A DNA stretch of 64,000 bases, taken from positions 193,673 to 257,672 of the forward strand of contig JAWAHN010000003.1 of NCBI GenBank assembly GCA_038889235.1, written 5' to 3'. The position numbers were made by a program, and so were the translations under genes. Shown piece after piece: positions 20,224 to 30,049 of the stretch (position 1 is its first letter; each line of letters opens with the position of its first letter). The notes below the pieces were generated by a model. It was not told the origin of the DNA. It worked only from the letters and a program-made list of their open reading frames with translations, and searched no databases. Source of the DNA: Candidatus Jordarchaeales archaeon. GTDB lineage: Archaea; Asgardarchaeota; Jordiarchaeia; Jordiarchaeales; Freyrarchaeaceae.

Positions 20224-21639
20224 GTGCATCTGAAGTTATTTGTAGTTGAAACGGCTGTTGGGTGGAAGGGGCTCTTGAAGTCTGGTATCAGGGGTCTGGA
20301 CGATGTGGCGGGTGGTTTTCCGGATAGGGGGATTGTGGTTATTGCTGGTGGCCCGGGGATAGGTAAGACTGTGATGGCTGCTCAGTTCGTCTATAATGGT
20401 GCGGTCATGTTTGGCGATAGGGGGGTTTACGTTAGCTTTTCTGAGTCTAAGGAGGAGTTTTACGGTAACATGCTTGCCTTTGGCATGGATTTCGACGAAT
20501 TGGAGAGGAAGGGGTTGTTTCGCTTTCTCAGCCTTATGATCTTGGGTGGAAAAAACTCGTTTACGCGGTGTATGGATGAAGTATTTGAGTCTATTGCTGC
20601 TATTAAGGCTAAGCGTGTGGTTTTAGATTCGATAAACGCTGTAACATTCGCGATGAGCGACGAAGAGGCTAGGCGCTTCGCCAATGTTTTGAGGACGCTT
20701 ATGAAGAACATGGACGCTGTCTGCTTTCTGGTGTACGAGACTTCGAGTGAAGTTAAGAGCGAGGAGCTTGGGCCCATAGCTTTCGCAGCCGACATGGTTT
20801 TACTTTTGAGGTGGAAGGAGGAGGAAGGTGTGAAGGTGAGGGAGCTCGAGCTATTGAAGACTAGAGGGGCCCCGGTGGAGAAGGCGTCCTACGAGTTTGA
20901 CGTTGACAGGGAGCATGGTGGAGTATGGGTGATCGCGCTGCCGAAAAGCATACCCGACGTGGGAAGTGAAGTGGTGTCTACTGGTTTAAACTGGTTTGAC
21001 AGCGCTGTAGGTGGAGGGTTAAGGCGGGGGAGCCTCACGCTGATTAAAGGTGAGACAGGGTCAGGCAAAACTTGTCTCAGCGCTCAGATAGCTATCGGTA
21101 TAGCTAGTGCTGGGAAACGGTGTGTCTACGTTTCAACTGAGGACGGAGAGAGCGTGGCGAGGATCATTAAGGGATTCAACCCCGACGCGGAGCTGGAGGA
21201 CGAACGGCTGAATGTGGTGAGCATTGTTCCAGAGGAGTATGGGGTTCAGAGGATATACAGTTTCTTCGACAATATAGTGCGCAAGAGGAGGCCCGACTTG
21301 CTCGTAATAGACAGTTTGACGCCGTTCAAGCACAGCCTCCCACAGGCGAGACTTTACAAGTTTCTAAGGTTCCTCCAACTTCTGGCAAGGGTTAACGGCT
21401 TGATCGTGATAGCTACACTCACCCTCTCATTAATAGAGGAGGCCCTTGAAACAGATATTCTAGGACTCTTCGACAACATGCTGATACTGAGAAACATGCC
21501 AACGGACGGGGCGCCTCACAGGCTACTGTTCATAGTTAAGGTGAGGGGGAGCGATCACAGGAAGACACCTATTCGGCTTGAAGTGACAAGCAAGGGGGTA
21601 ACGTGCGTAAGCGAGGAAAGCCTCATGCCAGCAATTTAA
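20224..21639 (+). CDS. KaiC-like double-domain RecA-superfamily ATPase
   Basis: 471 aa; two Walker A motifs GGPGIGKT and GETGSGKT; KaiC/GvpD/Rad55-type architecture. Confidence 0.65.
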   Translation: MHLKLFVVETAVGWKGLLKSGIRGLDDVAGGFPDRGIVVIAGGPGIGKTVMAAQFVYNGAVMFGDRGVYVSFSESKEEFYGNMLAFGMDFDELERKGLFRFLSLMILGGKNSFTRCMDEVFESIAAIKAKRVVLDSINAVTFAMSDEEARRFANVLRTLMKNMDAVCFLVYETSSEVKSEELGPIAFAADMVLLLRWKEEEGVKVRELELLKTRGAPVEKASYEFDVDREHGGVWVIALPKSIPDVGSEVVSTGLNWFDSAVGGGLRRGSLTLIKGETGSGKTCLSAQIAIGIASAGKRCVYVSTEDGESVARIIKGFNPDAELEDERLNVVSIVPEEYGVQRIYSFFDNIVRKRRPDLLVIDSLTPFKHSLPQARLYKFLRFLQLLARVNGLIVIATLTLSLIEEALETDILGLFDNMLILRNMPTDGAPHRLLFIVKVRGSDHRKTPIRLEVTSKGVTCVSEESLMPAI

Positions 21640-21720
21640 GTCTGTGAGTCCTCGTAGGCGAGGAAAGAGTTTTATTAGTTCGAAGATAGCAAGAGTTCTT
21701 TTAACGGGGAGTGTTTAGCC

Positions 21721-22947
21721 TTGAGGGCTATCGTAGTTGAGTTTAGCCTTCTGAAAGCCGCCCTGACTCTCGTGGGGGCGAAGCTGAGCAAAAGTGCCTA
21801 TTATGGTCCCCTATCCATAGTTTCCTTCCGCGACGACTATCCTGAACCGGAGCTGCGAGGGCCTGAATGGGTTAAGGTCAAGAGCGTCTTGTCTGGGATC
21901 TGTGGCTCCGATATGCGGCTGATAACGCTCGCGGAGAGCATGTACCTCTACCCTCTCACATCCTTCCCGCTAGTTCTAGGCCACGAGGTCGTCGGAGTGG
22001 TGGAAGAGGTTGGAGAGAAGGTTAGGGGAGTGGTGGAGGGGGATAGAGTCGTACTGGACGACATTTTGTCGTGTAGGGTTAGAGGGATAGAGGAGCTCTG
22101 CCCGTCGTGCCGTGAAGGTAGGTACTCCATATGTTACAACTTCGATAGGGGCAACCTTTCCCCGGGGATGTTTACGGGGTTCTGCCGGGACACCGGCGGC
22201 GCCTGGAGCGACTACTTTGTAGCCCACGAGTTTCAGCTGTTCAAGGTTCCAGAGGGCGTCAGCAACGAAGCGGCAGTATTCACTGAACCGTTTGCCGTAT
22301 CGCTCCACGCAGCTCTCAAGGCTTTTCCGAGGGACGACGAGACGGTTGCGGTTGTCGGGTGCGGTGTGATGGGAGTAGGCGTCATAGCGGCGTTGAGAGC
22401 CCTAGGCTTCAAGGGAGAGATTATAGGAATAGACCTCTACAAGTTTCAGGGAGATATGGCTAAGAGGTTTGGCGCAACGCGGACGATCGTCGCCGAGGAA
22501 GGTGGGAGGGTTGTAGAGGACTTGGCTGAGCTAACCGGCGGCAGGGTCTACTACCCTCCCAGGGAGAAGCCGATGTTTGTGGGTGGTGGCGTGGACATTG
22601 TATTCGAGTGTGTTGGGCAGCCTGGAACAGTGGACGACTCTCTCAGGATAGCGAAGCCTGGTGGAACAGTAGTCCTCGTCGGAACAGCTGGGAAGCTCAA
22701 CGTGGACTGGGCACCAGTCTTCTCAAAGGAGATTGTAGTTAAGGGGGTTTTAGGATCGGGGGAGGAGAAGGTTGACGGTAAGAGGAGAGCTTTCGACCTA
22801 GCACTCGAGTTCTTCTCTAAGGGTAAAGTCGACCTTTCCCCGCTACTGACACACAAGTTCCCAATAGAGAAGTGGAAGGAGGCGTTGAAAGTAAACCTCA
22901 ACAAGAGAAAGTACAAGGCGATAAAGGTGGCATTCACCTTCCAGTAA
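21721..22947 (+). CDS. Zn-dependent alcohol dehydrogenase family (threonine/sorbitol dehydrogenase-like)
   Basis: GICGSDM, GHEVVGVVEEVG, Rossmann GCGVMGVG; TTG start, true start may lie downstream. Confidence 0.7.
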   Translation: MRAIVVEFSLLKAALTLVGAKLSKSAYYGPLSIVSFRDDYPEPELRGPEWVKVKSVLSGICGSDMRLITLAESMYLYPLTSFPLVLGHEVVGVVEEVGEKVRGVVEGDRVVLDDILSCRVRGIEELCPSCREGRYSICYNFDRGNLSPGMFTGFCRDTGGAWSDYFVAHEFQLFKVPEGVSNEAAVFTEPFAVSLHAALKAFPRDDETVAVVGCGVMGVGVIAALRALGFKGEIIGIDLYKFQGDMAKRFGATRTIVAEEGGRVVEDLAELTGGRVYYPPREKPMFVGGGVDIVFECVGQPGTVDDSLRIAKPGGTVVLVGTAGKLNVDWAPVFSKEIVVKGVLGSGEEKVDGKRRAFDLALEFFSKGKVDLSPLLTHKFPIEKWKEALKVNLNKRKYKAIKVAFTFQ

Positions 22948-23092
22948 GCATGTAGAAGTAGCCGGGGGCACAAAGACCTCTCTTTTCACTTCATCGTGTC
23001 CTCTGGTTTTTCTTGAGCTCAAAAATGTATTTAAGAGCAGTTTGCCACTTCTCTAGGAGACTTTCGAAAGTGATGGAAAAGGAGGGGGTTTA

Positions 23093-23497
23093 TTGGTAAG
23101 GCGGCTTTCAGTGGTTGACCCCGAGCGGTGCGTCGGCTGCCAGATGTGCATGTTCGCATGTACGCGCAGGTTTAGCCTAGGAGGGTTCGGTAGGAGTACG
23201 ATACTAGTTAAGTCTGTTGGCGGGGTAGAGCGAGGGTTTGTTGTCGTTGTTTGTAGAGCTTGCGACGAGCCTGCTCCGTGCGTTCGCGTATGCCCTACAG
23301 ACGCACTGGTCTCTAGAGAGGGGAAGGGAGTTAAGCTTGTTAGGGATAAGTGCATTGGCTGCGGGAAGTGCGTTGAAGCCTGCCCGATAGGGGCTGTTTT
23401 CTGGGATGAGGAGAGTGGGAAGCCAGCTATATGCGTCTACTGCGGGTACTGCGCCGATTACTGTGAGTATGGAGTGATAAAGCTTGAGGAGGTGTAA
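23093..23497 (+). CDS. polyferredoxin-like 4x[4Fe-4S] subunit associated with aldehyde:ferredoxin oxidoreductase
   Basis: Four Cys clusters (CVGCQMCMFAC; CRAC...CVRVCP; CIGCGKCVEACP; CVYCGYCADYC); start codon of the next gene overlaps its stop (TAAGCATG). Confidence 0.65.
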   Translation: MVRRLSVVDPERCVGCQMCMFACTRRFSLGGFGRSTILVKSVGGVERGFVVVVCRACDEPAPCVRVCPTDALVSREGKGVKLVRDKCIGCGKCVEACPIGAVFWDEESGKPAICVYCGYCADYCEYGVIKLEEV

Positions 23498-23499
23498 GC

Positions 23500-25263
23500 A
23501 TGCCGCACAGCGCTTTACCCTCAAAGGTTCTCTACATAGACCTAACTAGGAGGCGCTTCTGGGTTGAGGACAGAGGCGATCTTTTCGAGGAATACCTTGG
23601 AGGGGCTGGGGTAGCAGCACAGCTGCTTAAGGAGGAGTGCCCTAAAGGGACAGACCCGTTCAGCCCCGACAACCCGATAATATTCGCAGTCGGGCCGCTC
23701 ACCTGTCTTTTCCCTATGGCGTCTAAAACAGTCGCAATGTTCAAGTCACCCTTAACAGGAGAGCTTGGGGAGAGCCATGCCGGTGGCAGGAGCGCCATAG
23801 CCATAAGGTCGGCTGGCTACGGGGCAATAGTTATCAAGGGAGCAAGCGACATGCCCATCTATGTTGCAGTGCACGGGAGCAAGGTGTACTTCAGGGATGC
23901 TGCAGCGTATTGGGGGATGGAGAGCGCGCTGACCGTTGGCAGGGTGATAAGGGAGAACGAGCCGGGGAGTGGTGTGAGGTCGATAATGAGGATAGGAAGG
24001 GCTGGAGAGAAACTGGTGAGGTACGCCATGGTCATGACGGAGACATTCAGGCACTTCGGACGCCTAGGCTTGGGTGCGGTTTTCGGAAGCAAGAAGCTGA
24101 AGGCACTTGTGGTCTCAGGCAAGAACACCGTGGAAGTTCCGAACAAGAAGCTCTTCAGGGATGTTTACGACGAGCTCTTCAAGCTCATGGTCGAGTCAGA
24201 CCTCCTCAAAAAGTACCACGAGATAGGCACGCCCATAAACGTGCTCACGCTTAACGCCCTTAAGGGTCTACCGACACGGAACCTTAAGAGCGGCGAGTTT
24301 GAAGGAGCAGAAGCTATATCAGGCGAGAAGCTAGCAGAGGACTTTTTGGGAAGGAGGGTTGCGTGCGCCCACTGCCCGGTCGCGTGCATACACTTAGCAG
24401 CCCTAAGGGAACCCTACGAGGAGGAACCATACTTCTACAAGACAACATGGGTGTCATACGACTACGAGCTGACATACGCTCTCGGATCCATGCTCGGCAT
24501 ATCAGACACCGTCGGCTTCCTCAAACTGGTCGACACCGTGGAGAAGTACGGTTTAGACGCCATGAGCACCGGGGTTTGCCTAGCGTGGGCGACTGAAGCA
24601 TACGAAAGGAAGCTGATCTCCAAGGAAGACCTTAACGGGCTGGAGCCCAAGTGGGGGGACCACGAAACTTACATAAAGATGACCAAGTTGATCGTGACCC
24701 AGCCCAACGACTTCTACAAGAGCCTCGCCATGGGAGTTGAGGCTGCAGCAACTAAGTACGGGGGGCTGGACTTCGCTCTATCCTTCGGAGGAAACGAGAT
24801 GCCGGGCTACCACACTGGGCCAGCAGCGCACGTAGGCTACCTGACAGGAGCCAGGCACAGCCACCTGGACTCGGCGGGCTACAGCCTAGACGAGAAAACC
24901 ATTGGAGCGACGCCGAGCCCGGAGAAAATAGCGGATGAACTTTTCAAGGAGGAGGCATGGCGCCAAGTTCTTTCAAGCCTTGTAGTCTGCTTCTTCGCCC
25001 GCAGAGTTTACACGCCGGAAAACACGTCTAAAGCACTGCGCGCAGCAGGGGTCGAGAGAAGCGTGGAAGAGCTTACCTCGCTGGGAACTAAAATACTAGC
25101 AGAGAAGTACGAATTTAAGTTCAGGGAAGGCTTCAACCCAGAAAACCTCAGGGTGCCCAAGAGGATCTTTGAAACCCCAACCCCGCACGGGAAAATAAGC
25201 GAGGAAACAGTGAGGAAAGCAGTACAGTTATACGTTGAAAAAGTCAAATCCGTTAAGAAATAG
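23500..25263 (+). CDS. aor: tungsten-type aldehyde:ferredoxin oxidoreductase family protein
   Basis: 587 aa; AOR N-terminal domain pattern (KVLYIDLT..., GGAG) and size. Confidence 0.8.
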   Translation: MPHSALPSKVLYIDLTRRRFWVEDRGDLFEEYLGGAGVAAQLLKEECPKGTDPFSPDNPIIFAVGPLTCLFPMASKTVAMFKSPLTGELGESHAGGRSAIAIRSAGYGAIVIKGASDMPIYVAVHGSKVYFRDAAAYWGMESALTVGRVIRENEPGSGVRSIMRIGRAGEKLVRYAMVMTETFRHFGRLGLGAVFGSKKLKALVVSGKNTVEVPNKKLFRDVYDELFKLMVESDLLKKYHEIGTPINVLTLNALKGLPTRNLKSGEFEGAEAISGEKLAEDFLGRRVACAHCPVACIHLAALREPYEEEPYFYKTTWVSYDYELTYALGSMLGISDTVGFLKLVDTVEKYGLDAMSTGVCLAWATEAYERKLISKEDLNGLEPKWGDHETYIKMTKLIVTQPNDFYKSLAMGVEAAATKYGGLDFALSFGGNEMPGYHTGPAAHVGYLTGARHSHLDSAGYSLDEKTIGATPSPEKIADELFKEEAWRQVLSSLVVCFFARRVYTPENTSKALRAAGVERSVEELTSLGTKILAEKYEFKFREGFNPENLRVPKRIFETPTPHGKISEETVRKAVQLYVEKVKSVKK

Positions 25264-25320
25264 CGTCACATGGTTCAAAGACATGTTGGTAAAGCGGCCG
25301 GGAAAATTTAAAGCCAAAAC

Positions 25321-26265
25321 TCACTTTTTCTGCTTTTTCAGTTTCAGCTCAAACAGTTTATCCGCTAGGAGTGCTATGTACTCGGAGTTCTCAAGCTTTC
25401 TCACCCACTCTCGCGGTATTCCCTCCTCTCCATGGTATGCCCCACTTATCGCTCCAGTCATCGCCCCGATAGTGTCAGTGTCTCCCCCAAGGCTCACAGC
25501 GTAGAGCACAGCCTTCCTGAAGCTACCAGTGTTGGCTGCAAAGCAGTACACTGCCGTCGGAACAGATCTGAAAGCCTCAATGCCGTTACCTAACACAGAT
25601 ACAACTTCCCTCTTATCAGCAGCCCTCTCAAGAAGGCGAACCGCGTTTCTTAACGCCTCCCTGTAAACCTCCTCCCGCGTGAACGCCTCCAACGTCTCTA
25701 GGAAATCTCTAGGGTCGAGGCTTGGAGGTTTAGCTTTAACGGCAAGAGAAACAGCGTAAGCCTGAACAACCGCGCCCTCGATTCCCAAGGGGTGGGCGTG
25801 CGTTATGAGGCTTGACTTCTCAGCGATAACTCTCAACTCCTCCGGGTCGTCAAAGTACAGCAGGCCGACTGGCGCCACTCTCATCGCCGCACCGTTACCA
25901 AACGATCCCTCACCGCCAAACAGCCTCCTGCCGGCAACATCCCACCGCTCCCCCCGCTCAATCATCCTGAAAACCATAGGAGGACCCGCACCGTAACCCC
26001 TAACAAGACGGTCGAGCTCTGGGTCATAGTTTTTCACGAAAGTCTTAGCCATATGCTCACCATCGAAGCCTCCAACTTCAATCAGCGACTCGGCAACTCC
26101 AATCATCATCTCGGTGTCATCCGTGTATCTTCCATCGAAATACGGCTCCTCCTCCACCAACAATGGAGGGCCACCCTCGAGGGGACGCCCCACAGCGTCC
26201 CCGACACCGGTACCAAGCATACCCCCTCTAAACTTAGAACGAAGCAAGCCCACATCCAATCTCAA
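25321..26265 (-). CDS. ADP-ribosylglycohydrolase family protein
   Basis: GMLGTGVGDAVGRPLEG and YTDDTEM motifs typical of the DraG/ARH fold. Confidence 0.7.
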   Translation of the reverse strand: MRLDVGLLRSKFRGGMLGTGVGDAVGRPLEGGPPLLVEEEPYFDGRYTDDTEMMIGVAESLIEVGGFDGEHMAKTFVKNYDPELDRLVRGYGAGPPMVFRMIERGERWDVAGRRLFGGEGSFGNGAAMRVAPVGLLYFDDPEELRVIAEKSSLITHAHPLGIEGAVVQAYAVSLAVKAKPPSLDPRDFLETLEAFTREEVYREALRNAVRLLERAADKREVVSVLGNGIEAFRSVPTAVYCFAANTGSFRKAVLYAVSLGGDTDTIGAMTGAISGAYHGEEGIPREWVRKLENSEYIALLADKLFELKLKKQKK

Positions 26266-26463
26266 ACACCGGAAAATAACCCTCCCCCCACTACCTAATT
26301 AACCTTCTCTTTTAAATAGGGCAAGGAAGCATACGAATCCGAATTGTATCAAAAGTTGTAAAAGTAACGAATAATATTAAGACTTGAAAGAAAAAGCGAA
26401 AAATATATATTGTTAGAAAAACGCCATATTGTCTAAAACTTGTAAAGAACAGGTGGTGTCTGA

Positions 26464-27066
26464 GTGGGGCGGTGGAGGTATAAGCTACTCGGCGTTCTAA
26501 TGCTCGCTCTGGTGTCCTGTATAGTGGTTTCAAGTTCTCCGGTTGCCGCTGTAAGCAGCGGTTACACTGGTGACGGCAACAACCTCAACTTGAGTCTCCT
26601 GCAGAAGGGCGACATAATAGCAGTCTCGGGAGTAGTAATGGGTGGACTTCTAGACGTGGTAGTACCGGGACACTTTACTCACGTCGCCATGTACATCGGG
26701 AACGGGATGATGATTGAGGCATGGAAGGATGGTGTGCGGGTGATCAGTGTTACCGAGGTTTTGAAGGCTAACGATGCTGCAATAGTTAGGGTTAGGACTT
26801 CGGACAGCATTAAGCAAGCTGCAGTAAACTGGGCGCTGACGAAAGTGGGCTACCCATACGACTACATTTGGCTGACGTACGTTGGAGGCAAGCAAGTTTA
26901 CGGTAACAGCTACTACTGCAGTGAGCTGTGCTGGGCAGCCTACTTGGCTGTCGGTGGACCAGACATAGACCAGAACCCCGGCTGGTCATGGAAATACGGT
27001 TACAATGTTGCGCCACAAGAGATAGTCGACGATGGAGACACCTATATAGTGGCATACTCTGCTTAG
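26464..27066 (+). CDS. secreted permuted-papain (YiiX/YaeF, C92-like) NlpC/P60-superfamily protein
   Basis: N-terminal signal/TM; GDIIAVSG...THVAMYIGNG...YYCSELCWAAY motif. Confidence 0.4.
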   Translation: MGRWRYKLLGVLMLALVSCIVVSSSPVAAVSSGYTGDGNNLNLSLLQKGDIIAVSGVVMGGLLDVVVPGHFTHVAMYIGNGMMIEAWKDGVRVISVTEVLKANDAAIVRVRTSDSIKQAAVNWALTKVGYPYDYIWLTYVGGKQVYGNSYYCSELCWAAYLAVGGPDIDQNPGWSWKYGYNVAPQEIVDDGDTYIVAYSA

Positions 27067-27077
27067 GTTCTGCTACA

Positions 27078-27100
27078 CTTTCTATTTTCTTCTTTTTTAG
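27078..27100 (+). terminator. T-tract (archaeal-type) terminator candidate after the YiiX-like gene in a convergent gap
   Basis: ttctattttcttcttttttag immediately after the stop at 27066. Confidence 0.25.
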
Positions 27101-27330
27101 TTGATTTTAAGGAAAAAGAGGGTTGATTTGTCTAGAAGGCTTGGCGAAAATTATTAGGGAGGCTTTTTGGTTCCACGTGGAGAGTGAAATTTATTGGTGA
27201 ATCGTGGATTGGGCGGGGTTGGAGGTGGCTTGGCTCGGATTTGCTGACTTTTAAGAGTTGGAAGTGTGTTGCCGGTTTGGGGTGGCCGGCCGTGATTCAC
27301 GTGTTTGAAACGTTTCTAGCGGGAGTGGTT

Positions 27331-29889
27331 TTACACTATGCTTTTCTCCCTGATGTACTCTTCTGTTATGGTTGTTTCTTCTCCTTTGATTATTTTTCTA
27401 AGTGAGCTTATTGCTCCCGGTTTTGAGAGGGGTTGGTTGTTTGAGCCGCACTGCCATGAGTGTGTGCAACGTGGGCAGCCGCTCTCGCTCTCGCACCCGC
27501 ATTCTTCAAGTATGTTTAACGCCCTCTTGAAAGCTTCTTCCAGTCGATTGTAAAGTAGTAGGGATATTCCGTTTCCTCCCGGGCAGGCGTCGTACGCGAA
27601 TATTACACCTGATGTTCCCATAGAGATGCCGCCCACTTCGCCACTGCCTCCCCCGGTGAGCATGTTGCTGCTCTCCAGCACAACGTGTTCCACGGCGTGG
27701 AAGCTTCCAGCTAGGAACAGGTCGACATCTTTCTCTGACATTTCCCCTTCAAGGTCGGGTTGCGGCGCCCTGAAAACTATTCCCAACGTGTCGAAGGAGT
27801 ATTCTATGGGTTCAGCCAGCGGCTCCATTGTCACGATTTCGTCGCTCAGTATTTCCCTCACCACGTATTGATCGACGACCTGGGTTACGTTAAGCTTGCA
27901 GTAGAGGGCTTCGACGCCGAACACCTTTTTCCGCTCCATGGTTTCCAGTATTTCTGGCTGTGAGTGGAAGAGGGCTTGAGTCCTGTAAGGGTAGTCGTCT
28001 GGGAGGGGTTCAACTTCAGCAATTCCGACGCCCCCCTTGAACTTGAAGGACTTTGAAAGGTAGTTTCGCCCACCATGCATGTAGACGGCGTTCGGGAAAA
28101 GCTCTCTAGCAGCGAAGGGCATCTCCCTCTCCCCTATCCTCCTCTTTCCCTCGTATATCTCGACGACCTCCCCGATCCCCCTTATGTTGTACCTAGCAGT
28201 CTTTTTGCGCGCTTCACGGGTGGCGTAAAGCAAGCCGCCGCGCTCAACGAGTAAGCCCTCCCTCTTCAGCTTCTCTATCACTGGCTGGAACTCCTGAAAC
28301 TCTCCGGGGCTCAGCGGCTTATCCATGGCTGCGAAGAGTATCTGGTACTCTGCGACCACGGGGTTTCCCGGCTCCACGTAGGCTGGGTCTACGTCTGAAA
28401 AGTAGGTTTCCGGGTGGTTCTTGTAGTATGTACTCATGGGATCCTCGTCCCTCAGCGCGACCACGCAGATGCTCTCTTGCCCCTTCCTGCCCGCGCGTCC
28501 AATCCTCTGAAGGAAGCGGGTGTACCCGGTGATCATGGAAACAACGGCGTCCAAGTCGCCTATATCTATGCCGAGCTCAAGTGTCGGCGTAGCGATAATG
28601 CACTTAGCTTCGCCCTGCTTAAACTTCTTCTCAACCTCCCTCCGGTGCTCCTCTGGTAGCCCGCCCCTGTGTATTAGCACGTTGAGACCTCTCCGCCTCG
28701 CTATCCTGAATATTGTTTCAGCGTCCTTGTGCGTGTTAGCGAAGACCAAGGTTTTCAGCCCAGCTCCAATGCACTTTGCCAGCGCGTCCACTATCATAGT
28801 CCTGAAAGAGCGACCAGTTGGGTATAGCATTACGAGGTGCATTCGTCCCCTCTTCCCCTCACTGCACTTGACCACTTCCACATTCCCGTCGACGAGTCGG
28901 GCCCAGAATTCTTCCGGGTTGCTTATCGTCGCCGATGCACCTATGACTTGAAAGCCGCCGAAAATTCTCTTCATCCTCCGCAGTATGAAGTGAACGTTTG
29001 CCCCGAAAGCGCCAACATACTGGTGCACTTCGTCGAGAACGACGAACTTCGCAGTTGATATTATGCGGGCGAACTCGTCCCTCCTCTTAAGGTGGTAGTC
29101 TATCATGTCGAAATTCGTTATCAAGACGTCGGGCGGGTTTCCGTAGATCTTCCTCCTCTCATGCTGCGGCGTGTCCCCGTCGAGGACGGCGACAGTTATG
29201 CCCGCGTGTCTACCTAGAGCTTGAAGCTTCGCTAGTTGATCTCTGTTGAGGGCCTTAGTCGGGTATATGAAGAGAGCTGAGACCCCCCGCCTCTGGACTC
29301 TAAGCCCGCCGAACACTGCCCTTGACTGGAGTATCATGTGAAAGATGGGGAGCGCGAACGCCTCAGTTTTCCCCGTCGCGGTGGGAGCTACGATCAAAAC
29401 GTTTTTTCCTTCGAGGATCCTGCTAATCGCCTCCTCTTGGAACTTGTAGAGCCTCTCTATCCCTGCTTTTCTGAGCGCGTGGACGAGTGGGGGTGCGAGC
29501 CCGCTGCTCTCTACGCTGACACCCTTGGACGGCTCGACAGCCTTCCATAAGTCGTATTTCACGACGTAGTCCTGTCCTAGGAGGAGGTCCCTAACTACGG
29601 GGGGAACCTCGTTGAACGTCAACCCAGCTCTCCTAAGCTCCTCTTCAATCGACCAGAGGGGGCGAATCAGACCCAGCTCCTCTAACCTCGCTTTTCCTAG
29701 CTCTTCCACAACCCCCCTTTCTAAGGCTTCTTGCAGCTCGATGAACGCCTTAACCCTGCTATCGGCTTCACTGGACGTTACGAAGCGTAGTCCACAGGAC
29801 GTGCAGTAAACAAGGTAGCCTCCGGAGTCCAGTTCGCGGAACATTAGGTCCTCGCCGCATCTAGGACAGGGATACAAGGAGCCCACCAA
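27331..29889 (-). CDS. COG1205/MrfA-like DEAD/DEAH helicase with N-terminal Zn-ribbon and C-terminal DUF1998 (MZB) Cys cluster
   Basis: 852 aa; CPRCGEDL...CTSCG; Walker A APTATGKT; VLDEVHQY; helicase C QRIGRAGR; C-terminal CGCESESGCPRCTHSWQCG. Confidence 0.7.
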   Translation of the reverse strand: MVGSLYPCPRCGEDLMFRELDSGGYLVYCTSCGLRFVTSSEADSRVKAFIELQEALERGVVEELGKARLEELGLIRPLWSIEEELRRAGLTFNEVPPVVRDLLLGQDYVVKYDLWKAVEPSKGVSVESSGLAPPLVHALRKAGIERLYKFQEEAISRILEGKNVLIVAPTATGKTEAFALPIFHMILQSRAVFGGLRVQRRGVSALFIYPTKALNRDQLAKLQALGRHAGITVAVLDGDTPQHERRKIYGNPPDVLITNFDMIDYHLKRRDEFARIISTAKFVVLDEVHQYVGAFGANVHFILRRMKRIFGGFQVIGASATISNPEEFWARLVDGNVEVVKCSEGKRGRMHLVMLYPTGRSFRTMIVDALAKCIGAGLKTLVFANTHKDAETIFRIARRRGLNVLIHRGGLPEEHRREVEKKFKQGEAKCIIATPTLELGIDIGDLDAVVSMITGYTRFLQRIGRAGRKGQESICVVALRDEDPMSTYYKNHPETYFSDVDPAYVEPGNPVVAEYQILFAAMDKPLSPGEFQEFQPVIEKLKREGLLVERGGLLYATREARKKTARYNIRGIGEVVEIYEGKRRIGEREMPFAARELFPNAVYMHGGRNYLSKSFKFKGGVGIAEVEPLPDDYPYRTQALFHSQPEILETMERKKVFGVEALYCKLNVTQVVDQYVVREILSDEIVTMEPLAEPIEYSFDTLGIVFRAPQPDLEGEMSEKDVDLFLAGSFHAVEHVVLESSNMLTGGGSGEVGGISMGTSGVIFAYDACPGGNGISLLLYNRLEEAFKRALNILEECGCESESGCPRCTHSWQCGSNNQPLSKPGAISSLRKIIKGEETTITEEYIREKSIV

Positions 29890-30049
29890 TTGAATGAAGG
29901 CGGACGAAAACTAAAAATTCTTTCCAGAAAGCAACCGGGGGCCGGCAGTCCCGCTGAGCTGCTTTCACCTTTCAGCTTCAGAAGAGTTTAAGAAACTTGT
30001 GCAGTGGTTTTTTAAGCAGCGAGATGTTAATTGATGATTAAAGGAGCGT

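Noticed and set aside
23532-24650. Several antisense ORFs (23532..23804, 23752..24054, 23859..24146, 23910..24254, 24165..24389, 24363..24596, 24462..24650) within the AOR gene
   Set aside because: All are internal to the AOR coding sequence in other frames or on the other strand. They are arginine/proline-rich artefacts of GC-rich DNA.
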